A stretch of 6,239 bases of DNA from Candidatus Iainarchaeum sp. (GTDB taxonomy: Archaea > Iainarchaeota > Iainarchaeia > Iainarchaeales > 0-14-0-20-30-16). The translations under genes were made by a program, and so were the position numbers. Under the pieces are notes generated by a model. It saw only the letters and a list, made by a program, of their open reading frames with translations, was not told the origin of the DNA and made no database searches. Positions within the stretch are counted from its first letter, which is position 1; each line of letters begins with the position of its first letter. Where the stretch lies: the NCBI GenBank assembly GCA_028710695.1, contig JAQTTP010000013.1, positions 1-6,239 on the forward strand, read 5' to 3'. Positions 1-6,239 of the stretch are shown in pieces.

Positions 1-661
1 TTCTTTGTTTATACCCATTTTCCGTCAACTTAGAAGAATTACCTAATGTTGGAAGAACTTTTTCAAACCTATCAAATTCTGAGTCGATTCGATTTTGAAA
101 CGCTTCTTCGCGTTCTTGTTTAAGTTTCTGCGATTCTGTCGCAATAGCCTTACCCTGTTCGTTGATACGTCTTACAATTTCGTCAAGACCACTTTTAAGT
201 TTTTCATCAACTAAATCAGGGTCGATTTCAATCTTTAGCTCTTTAAACTCATCTTTTTGCTCAGTTTTCTTATCATCTTTTTTAACAGGTTTGTCATTTT
301 TCTTTTCTAAATCAAGTTCTTCTTTAATTGCTGCTATAAGTTCTGGTGATTCTTCTAAAATTTTGTCTATAGTTTCTTGTTTTAAACCATATTCATTTAA
401 AATTTCAAGAACTTCATCATCTATTTTTTCTTCATCTGCGTCTATATCTGCATCTGTATCTTGAATTTCCTCGTCTTCATTATCTATATTACTTTCATCT
501 TTTTTAGTATCATTCTCTTTTTCAGTTTCTTGTTCTGTAGACAAAATTTCGTCCATTTTGTTTGAGAATTGTTCTTGTGATGAAAGTTTCACCTCTTCTT
601 TTGTAGAATCAGTTTGTTCTGTTTTATCAGTTTGTTCAGTATTTTCTGTTTCTTTTTCCAT
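1..661 (-). CDS. Acidic, coiled-coil-like protein, possible head scaffold/assembly protein; C-terminus runs off the left edge
   Basis: Manual translation of the - strand from ATG (661..659) to the left edge is open for 220 codons: MEKETENTEQTDKTEQTDSTKEEVKLSSQEQFSNKMDEILSTEQETEKENDTKKDES...RRINEQGKAIATESQKLKQEREEAFQNRIDSEFDRFEKVLPTLGNSSKLTENGYKQR. Shine-Dalgarno AAGGA at 674..670, 8 nt before the ATG. The E/D/K/Q-rich composition and position downstream of the portal fit a scaffold. The ORF is clear; the function is inferred. Confidence 0.75.
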   Translation of the reverse strand, partial: MEKETENTEQTDKTEQTDSTKEEVKLSSQEQFSNKMDEILSTEQETEKENDTKKDESNIDNEDEEIQDTDADIDADEEKIDDEVLEILNEYGLKQETIDKILEESPELIAAIKEELDLEKKNDKPVKKDDKKTEQKDEFKELKIEIDPDLVDEKLKSGLDEIVRRINEQGKAIATESQKLKQEREEAFQNRIDSEFDRFEKVLPTLGNSSKLTENGYKQR

Positions 662-671
662 GTATAAGTTC

Positions 672-701
672 CTTATATTATTTATTCAGTATCATTGTCA
701 A
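672..701 (-). promoter_or_regulatory. Possible sigma70-like promoter in the only clear intergenic gap
   Basis: On the - strand: TTGACA (701..696), 18 nt spacer, TATAAG (677..672). The -35 is a perfect consensus match and the -10 matches 5/6. However, the -10 overlaps the Shine-Dalgarno of the downstream gene (674..670), so this may be a chance match. Confidence 0.25.
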
Positions 702-709
702 TATAAAAA

Positions 710-1024
710 TTAATCTAATTCTGTTAATCCTCTACGTTTTGCTTCATATATCTTATGTTTTCTGTTATTAATTCTTAGTTGTCCTTTAGAATTATATACA
801 GAACCTGGAAACATTCTTTCTGCTTCCTTAATTTGTCTTGGATTAACTCCCATTGTGTTTGAGTATCTTTCATTATTTACTAAATCAGTATTTACTCTTG
901 ATACTATTTTTTTAGTATCTCCACCACATTTTTTACACAAAAGTTCATTATTAACATTTGTATCAATTTGAAATTCTTCTGTAATCTGTCCACATTTATT
1001 ACATTTGTATTCATATATAGGCAT
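710..1024 (-). CDS. Small FmdB-like zinc-ribbon protein (phage-associated form)
   Basis: ORF of 104 aa beginning MPIYEYKCNKCGQITEEF..., with CxxC-x18-CxxC (C8, C11, C30, C33), typical of the FmdB N-terminal zinc ribbon. The C-terminal stretch MGVNPRQIKEAERMFPGSVYNSKGQLRINNRKHKIYEAKRRGL resembles zinc-ribbon proteins in phage structural regions. AAGG at 1035..1032, 7 nt before the ATG. Confidence 0.85.
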   Translation of the reverse strand: MPIYEYKCNKCGQITEEFQIDTNVNNELLCKKCGGDTKKIVSRVNTDLVNNERYSNTMGVNPRQIKEAERMFPGSVYNSKGQLRINNRKHKIYEAKRRGLTELD

Positions 1025-1026
1025 TA

Positions 1027-1428
1027 TTAAGCCTTACCAAGTATTAAATAACTAAATGCGTCTGTTACAGCCGAGGCATCTATTTTTAATCCTAAATTAG
1101 ATAAAGGATTTATAGGTAAAAAACAACATTCCCCTTCTGCAAGTACAAAATCCGCTGTTGCAGAAGTAAAAGTGTCTGTGCCTGCTGTATTTACAATTAT
1201 ATATATACTACCTGCTTGAGCTTTTATATATACGCCATATATTTTATCAAGTGCTATCTTTGTTGTATCTGAAAATAGTTGTATTGCTGTTGTAGTAGCA
1301 GTAGATACAATTGTATAACCTTTTAATATTTCTACAGGTATGGTCAATGTTTGTAATTGTGTAACTTCAACATCATCACCAAGCCCTGTAACTTTTAATT
1401 TTATAGTTAAATCTGCTTGTCCTGCCAT
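1027..1428 (-). CDS. Small probable beta-rich virion-associated protein of unknown function (head decoration or similar is a guess)
   Basis: ORF of 133 aa with alternating V/I/T/S/A segments (DLTIKLKVTG, TLTIPVEIL, GSIYIIVNTAGTDTFTSA, AFSYLILGKA). It starts immediately after the portal stop, with SD AAGGA at 1440..1436, 7 nt before the ATG. No diagnostic motif. Confidence 0.7.
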   Translation of the reverse strand: MAGQADLTIKLKVTGLGDDVEVTQLQTLTIPVEILKGYTIVSTATTTAIQLFSDTTKIALDKIYGVYIKAQAGSIYIIVNTAGTDTFTSATADFVLAEGECCFLPINPLSNLGLKIDASAVTDAFSYLILGKA

Positions 1429-1429
1429 A

Positions 1430-3199
1430 TTAGTATCCTTCGTTTTGGGATTTATTTTGTGAGTTTAATTGAGCTAATTTATTATTTTGATTATCTGCTT
1501 CTGAAGCTCCAAATCTTTGGTCAGAAGATTTAGTCTTTGTAGACATTTGCTGTTGTCCATTCCCTTGTCCCATTGGTTGATATGAACCCATTAGATTCAT
1601 TTGTTGATTTTGAGGATTTTCTGTCAAAAACCAAGAATCTGTTTCTATGTCCATATATGTTGAAAGTTCTTTAGTTATAGCTGGTACATTTAATTGTTGT
1701 CCTTGTTGTGCTGCCATAGGAGCAGTAGGTAAAATCCATCCAGTTAATATTTGCATCATACGTTGAAGTTTTTGTTCTGGAGACATTTTCTGCATACTAT
1801 ACATTTGAATATCAAGATAGAAATCAGTAAATCTACCTTCTTGTTCTAACTGATTGTATAATTTTGGTATTTGTATTCCTCCTGGAAGTTCACGAATAGT
1901 TTTAATTTGCATTGTAGGATTATTCCATAATTCAAATGCAAGTTTTTCTGCTATACTTGAAGCAAATTTATGTACAGATTGTGCCATATCATTAAGTGTT
2001 CTTGAAGCATTTGACATCATTAACTCTTCTTGACCAAGAGTTTTGGCTTGAGCCTTTCTTCCGCCTGTAGTATATAAATTCCCACCTTGCTCGCTATATT
2101 GATTTAAAGAAAATGCTATAAAATCATATATTTCTGGAACTACACCACCTAAAGTAAGTTCTTTAACATTGTCTGGGTTTGTAAGTAATAACATATCTCC
2201 ATCACGACAATCACGTGCTGTTTCTAAATCTTCTTTATTACCAGTTGCACCAACTCCAACTTTTTTTAGTCTTTCTGCTTGGTTTCTTGCTTTTGAGTAT
2301 AAACAATTGATTGCTGCGTCAAGTTCCATCAAAGAATAAATTGGTGGTATAGGTATTGTACTTTCAGGAAAGTTTTTATATGTAAGTACGTCATAAGGCC
2401 CGAAAACTGGGCCGTTATAATTAACTGTTCTTAATATTTTTGTTACACCTTTTTCTGGCGGTAATATTGTTATAATTACTTTTTCTTTTGGAAGCCATAA
2501 ATCTATGAATCTTGTATAATTTTTTAATTCATTATATGCAATCCTATTTGGATTTGTAACTTCTTTAGGTGCTTTGTCTCCATATAGTTTAAAATCTGGA
2601 GTAATCTTATCAGCAAACTTGCTAAATTCTTCTTTAGCTTCATCTGTTGGTATATAATATTCGTCTCCTTCAAACTCATATTGCTCGCGAGTTTTAGCAG
2701 TTATATCGAATATATAATTGCAATCAGATACAACTTCGCTAAAAGGAATGCCATATTGAGCAAAATATCCTTTAAATTTGAAAGTACCTGCTTTATCTGT
2801 AGCAGTTTTAACTATACCTTGACTAAATAAACTATTTAATACAGCAGGTCTAAGCGTTCTTGAATCAAATTTCATTTCCTTTAATAATTGATTAAGAGAC
2901 ATTTGAAATACATTTGCAAAAGGTGTAAGCGCTAAATTTATTTTAGGACTTATGATTATTTTAGGATATCCACCTACAAGATAAGGTATCCATATACTTA
3001 CAGCCCTATCTATTAAGTTTAAAGGATGTGGATCAGAAGCATGTATTTCAGATTTATAATATCCGCTTGCGTAAGCATCCAGCATTTTTATGTTTTTCTT
3101 ATCGATATTATGTTTAACTTTTTTACAGGCAGTTATCGCTCTATGCAATCTGCCGACAAGATTTAACTTTTTATTTGGTTCGTTTATAGATTCAGCCAT
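1430..3199 (-). CDS. Phage portal-like (head-tail connector) protein
   Basis: ORF of 589 aa directly downstream of the large terminase and overlapping its 3' end by 16 nt. Size, position, the region EQYEFEGDEYYIPTDEAKEEF, the helical region ASRTLNDMAQSVHKFASSIAEKLAFELWNN, and a Q/N-rich low-complexity C-terminal tail are all consistent with a portal protein. Confidence 0.75.
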   Translation of the reverse strand: MAESINEPNKKLNLVGRLHRAITACKKVKHNIDKKNIKMLDAYASGYYKSEIHASDPHPLNLIDRAVSIWIPYLVGGYPKIIISPKINLALTPFANVFQMSLNQLLKEMKFDSRTLRPAVLNSLFSQGIVKTATDKAGTFKFKGYFAQYGIPFSEVVSDCNYIFDITAKTREQYEFEGDEYYIPTDEAKEEFSKFADKITPDFKLYGDKAPKEVTNPNRIAYNELKNYTRFIDLWLPKEKVIITILPPEKGVTKILRTVNYNGPVFGPYDVLTYKNFPESTIPIPPIYSLMELDAAINCLYSKARNQAERLKKVGVGATGNKEDLETARDCRDGDMLLLTNPDNVKELTLGGVVPEIYDFIAFSLNQYSEQGGNLYTTGGRKAQAKTLGQEELMMSNASRTLNDMAQSVHKFASSIAEKLAFELWNNPTMQIKTIRELPGGIQIPKLYNQLEQEGRFTDFYLDIQMYSMQKMSPEQKLQRMMQILTGWILPTAPMAAQQGQQLNVPAITKELSTYMDIETDSWFLTENPQNQQMNLMGSYQPMGQGNGQQQMSTKTKSSDQRFGASEADNQNNKLAQLNSQNKSQNEGY

Positions 3200-5175
3200 A
3201 ATTTAGTCCGATTCTTTTGTTCATTTTCATGTTGTTTTTGTCTATTTTTTCGCCATTGAATAGAACCTACAATGTTTTGCTCAAATTTTGTATGAGCTAT
3301 AAATTGGTCTTGTGCTGCAAGACAACATAGTGCATCTGCTATAACTCTGTCACCATGGGTCATTTTAGCACCACCAGAATCTTCTATACATTGAGATGGT
3401 GTAATTTGACTACCATTGAATATATAATCTTCTGCTTCACGTATAGAGTCTTGGTCATAATTAATAAATTTCTTTGCTTTTAAAGATGGATGAAAAGTTG
3501 CTGTTAAACTTGCGTTATAAGAAAGTAACAACTCAAGTTTCGTATTAGAACTATTATACCACCCTATAGTAGCCAATTTTTGTCTAAAACCTTTCTTTTC
3601 CGTAACTGTTTTAAATACCAAAGGATATCCAAGAGCTTTTATTCGTTTACCAAATACTTGTCCAATACCATTTGCTTCAAAATTAAGTAATGGTACTCCT
3701 GACATGCCACCAACCCATTGTCCTATAGCATAAACAGTATCGGCAAATGTTTCTGGTAGTGTATTTGAGTCCACCCAACAACCTACTTTTTCACGAGTAT
3801 CAACATCAAAAATTGAGCAAACCGAGTTTGATTGTCCTTGTCCTAATGATATATCACAACCTAACACGTAATTATGATTTTGTAATGGCCTTACACCACC
3901 TAATTGTCCCCACCATTTAAGTTTTCCTTTACCACCAGAAATATATCTTGAATGCGTTACTTTATTGTCATCTACATTATATAATATCTCGCCCTCAAAA
4001 TCTGGTTTTCTTATTAATTCAGTCATTTGAGTTAAAGTAGATGCTGTAAAAACCATATCACCAGCACCTATTTCATTCATATCAAGATTAGTTGCAACAT
4101 CAAGTGGTGTTCTTTCTGCTTCTTGTTTGTCATACCAAGGCGAGCGCCATTTTGGTTTATCTGCTTTGCCACCATCTGCTATAAATGATAGTTTTAAGTC
4201 TGGATAATATAAAAATAAATCAGTCATTAAATCAGAGTATTTAATTTCCTGGCCTTTTTTGTATTTATTAAATACTTCTGGTGCTAACTTCTGGTAGTAC
4301 TCAATATCTTCTAAAGCTATTTTATTTATATCTGGAGACCAATAAAGGCCATTAGCTTTAAATGGATGTAACCACCATCCAAAAGCCATTTTTACTGTAC
4401 CTGATTGAGTACCCATTCTGCTAAATGGATGTGAGCGATATTCAGAAGTACCAAGATAAATTTTACAACTTGCTGTGTCAGAAAGCGCTCTTTCTATACA
4501 AACTGCTTCTGAATGTTTAACTGCCGGAAATTCGTCACAGAATACCCAATTTCTACGTCCACCTTTACCAACGTTACCAGCAGTAGTTTCACCATCTATA
4601 ACAGAGTCATTCCATAAATTTTTAATATGACGTTCTGTTCTTTCAAAAGCCGGAGTTACCCATTCAGGAAGATTTTGAACCATATAATCAAGTTTCCAAA
4701 ACAGACAGTCTGGACTTCCTTTTTTTTCTACAAGTTCTTCTTTACGACTTATAACAAGACCAAGTGTACGTGGTCTAAATAACCATAACACTAAACCACA
4801 ACCAAGTATTATCCAAGTTCCGCCAACTTCACGAGATTTTTTAGCTTGTACTTTACCATCATGAGTCATTAAATAACTTAATTCTTCAATCTTCTTATCT
4901 TGCCAAGGCCATGTTATAAATGGTAAAACTCCATAAGGTTGAATTTCTGGGCGTGGTTGAAATGTCCATAACATTGTTTTAAATGCTATTTGAGGTTTAG
5001 CAAGGCACATTTGCACAAAGTCATTTCGCGCAAGTTTAGATGCACTTGCCAGATAACTATGTAAATCAGCCCTAAATGCGATATTTTCAACCGCTATTGC
5101 TGGAATTTCCATCAAGAAGTTGTCTGGCGAGAGACTCAATTTTCTTTCTATCTCTTTGACTTGGTTCTGCGTCAT
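3184..5175 (-). CDS. terL: Phage terminase large subunit (ATPase plus RNase H-like nuclease)
   Basis: ORF of 663 aa. Non-canonical Walker A-like motif AKKSREVGGTW (S114-W121), Walker B-like NWVFCDEFPAV (D214-E215), a following ALSDTASCKIYLGTSE segment, nuclease-type acidic motif YVLGCDISLGQGQSNSV, NFEANGIGQVF and C-terminal THGDRVIADALC. This order matches tailed-phage large terminases. Confidence 0.93.
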   Translation of the reverse strand: MTQNQVKEIERKLSLSPDNFLMEIPAIAVENIAFRADLHSYLASASKLARNDFVQMCLAKPQIAFKTMLWTFQPRPEIQPYGVLPFITWPWQDKKIEELSYLMTHDGKVQAKKSREVGGTWIILGCGLVLWLFRPRTLGLVISRKEELVEKKGSPDCLFWKLDYMVQNLPEWVTPAFERTERHIKNLWNDSVIDGETTAGNVGKGGRRNWVFCDEFPAVKHSEAVCIERALSDTASCKIYLGTSEYRSHPFSRMGTQSGTVKMAFGWWLHPFKANGLYWSPDINKIALEDIEYYQKLAPEVFNKYKKGQEIKYSDLMTDLFLYYPDLKLSFIADGGKADKPKWRSPWYDKQEAERTPLDVATNLDMNEIGAGDMVFTASTLTQMTELIRKPDFEGEILYNVDDNKVTHSRYISGGKGKLKWWGQLGGVRPLQNHNYVLGCDISLGQGQSNSVCSIFDVDTREKVGCWVDSNTLPETFADTVYAIGQWVGGMSGVPLLNFEANGIGQVFGKRIKALGYPLVFKTVTEKKGFRQKLATIGWYNSSNTKLELLLSYNASLTATFHPSLKAKKFINYDQDSIREAEDYIFNGSQITPSQCIEDSGGAKMTHGDRVIADALCCLAAQDQFIAHTKFEQNIVGSIQWRKNRQKQHENEQKNRTKLWLNL

Positions 5176-5743
5176 AGCTTTCAGTTTTACCGTGAATCAA
5201 TTCTTTACTTACTTTCCATAAATCTGGATATTTATTAGTTAAATACATTATAAATAATTGCGAATTTCCAGATTGATGTTTCTTTGTAACTTCTTTTCTT
5301 GTTTCAATCCACTGTCCAGTTTTAGGAACTTTGATATATATGGTTTTTTCTTCACAGTAGCTATAACCTAATGCCTGATTTAACATTTCTTGGCACAGTT
5401 TTTTTTCAAGTAACATTGCTGCTTGTGAAGTTTGTTGTTCTGTTAATGGTTTATTATCTTCTGACTTAAATATTTCATTTAAATCTATTTTTGTATCAAA
5501 TATTCCCTGTGGTATTGTAATATTGATTTTATCACCTAAAATATCTGTTGGTGTTGTTGCTACTTTTTCAGATAATTTTATCCACGCTTCTGAATTTAGA
5601 GTATTCATTTCATTACGCATTAGCGTAGAACAATCTGGACAATATAAATAGCCTTTATGTTCAGACATCTTGTCTATGGTAAATACTTTAAAACATTTTG
5701 CACATCTTTTACGTAAAGAAGCCATATTACCACACCCAACCAC
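5087..5743 (-). CDS. Zinc-ribbon-containing protein upstream of terL; candidate terminase small subunit
   Basis: ORF of 218 aa from GTG 5743..5741, with SD-like AGGTGG at 5754..5749 and a 5 nt spacer; an alternative ATG lies at 5725..5723. CxxC-x17-CxxC near the N-terminus (RCAKCFKVF...YLYCPDC; C14, C17, C35, C38), then a mostly helical/charged C-terminal part (NKYPDLWKVSKELIHGK...QRDRKKIESLARQLL). Its position directly upstream of terL suggests TerS; sequence alone does not prove it. Confidence 0.75.
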   Translation of the reverse strand: MVGCGNMASLRKRCAKCFKVFTIDKMSEHKGYLYCPDCSTLMRNEMNTLNSEAWIKLSEKVATTPTDILGDKINITIPQGIFDTKIDLNEIFKSEDNKPLTEQQTSQAAMLLEKKLCQEMLNQALGYSYCEEKTIYIKVPKTGQWIETRKEVTKKHQSGNSQLFIMYLTNKYPDLWKVSKELIHGKTESYDAEPSQRDRKKIESLARQLLDGNSSNSG

Positions 5744-6239
5744 TTAAACCACCTGAAACTGCTCCGCCAATTGTTTCACTTGAAGCATAATATTTGTTAT
5801 CACCAATTTGTATATAACTAAAATCCCAATCTTTATATATTACTGTACCCCTCGTTGCAAAGCATTTAGTTTGAATAAGATTGCCATATATTGTAATATC
5901 GGTAACAGAATATATCCCTTCTGAACTACCAGATGTTGTCAAATAACTACCACCAGTAATATTTCCAGTAGCAGTTATATTAACATTTTCTGAATCATTT
6001 TTTATACCAAAAGTATTTTGTGCTTTTCCACCTGTTACATTGCCATAAACAGTTACGTTGCCAAATGATAATGAATGTACATTTATACCATTTCCTCCGA
6101 CATCTGTATCACTTGCTGTAATATTTCCAAATACTTGCAAATTGCCTTTACTTGCTTTAAATATTGCAGAATCTCCACTGCCAGCAGAAACATTTCCAAA
6201 AACACTTATATTATTTGTTTTAGTTGCTATAGTATTAAT
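5727..6239 (-). CDS. Repeat-rich, probably beta-helical/beta-solenoid protein; N-terminus beyond the right edge
   Basis: The track starts this ORF at a TTG (6140), but the frame stays open to 6239: INTIATKTNNISVFGNVSAGSGDSAIFKASKGNLQVFGNITASDTDVGG.... Five degenerate (D/N)(I/L/V)x(V/I)xGN(I/V/L) repeats, then a glycine-rich C-terminus GGAVSGGLSGWVW and a stop at 5729..5727. Confidence 0.75.
   Translation of the reverse strand: MNTIATKTNNISVFGNVSAGSGDSAIFKASKGNLQVFGNITASDTDVGGNGINVHSLSFGNVTVYGNVTGGKAQNTFGIKNDSENVNITATGNITGGSYLTTSGSSEGIYSVTDITIYGNLIQTKCFATRGTVIYKDWDFSYIQIGDNKYYASSETIGGAVSGGLSGWVW
5814..6212 (-). repeat. Degenerate tandem protein-level repeats with core xVxGN(I/V)(T/S)(A/G) (approximate bounds)
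   Basis: In order: NISVFGNVSAG, NLQVFGNITAS, NVTVYGNVTGG, NITATGNITGG, DITIYGNLIQT. Spacing is roughly 24-30 aa. The corresponding + strand DNA repeatedly contains (a)ttgccaaa/atatttcca-like segments. Confidence 0.7.

Noticed and set aside
162-464. + strand ORF of 100 aa (MIRLTISSRPLLSFSSTKSGSISIFSSL...)
   Set aside because: Antisense to the well-supported - strand acidic CDS. Its serine/phenylalanine/isoleucine-rich composition mirrors GAA/GAT/AAA codons on the opposite strand. There is no convincing RBS or domain, and every other gene runs on the - strand.
662-709. Rho-independent terminator in the intergenic gap
   Set aside because: The gap is AT-rich but lacks a GC-rich inverted repeat followed by a T-run.
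5087-5175. Programmed frameshift fusing the small and large terminase ORFs
   Set aside because: Each ORF has its own plausible start, and I identified no clear slippery heptamer with a downstream structure. Simple gene overlap is the more economical explanation.
1-6239. Possible defence system, CRISPR array, tRNA, ribozyme or mobile element
   Set aside because: I saw no regularly spaced direct repeats at the DNA level, no tRNA-like cloverleaf, and no transposase or integrase motifs. Nearly all sequence is explained by packed structural/packaging genes.
5727-6239. Repeats near the right edge as a CRISPR or DNA tandem repeat array
   Set aside because: The repeats are degenerate at the DNA level, variable in spacing, and follow the reading frame as a protein motif (GN(I/V)(T/S)), so they are coding repeats.

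Overview
This 6.2 kb AT-rich window looks like the packaging/head module of a tailed (double-stranded DNA) phage or prophage. All supported genes are on the - strand and tightly packed. In transcription order (high to low coordinate) they are: a repeat-rich, beta-helix-like protein cut off by the right edge; a zinc-ribbon protein that is a candidate small terminase subunit; the large terminase subunit; a portal-like protein; a small probably beta-rich protein; a FmdB-type zinc-ribbon protein; and a strongly acidic, coiled-coil-like protein, possibly a scaffold, cut off by the left edge and missing from the ORF track. I found no CRISPR array, tRNA, transposase, integrase or defence system. The points most worth following up are two small zinc-ribbon proteins in a packaging module, the unusual candidate small terminase, and the beta-helix-like repeats at the right edge. 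Product names rest on motif recognition and gene order; no database search was possible.
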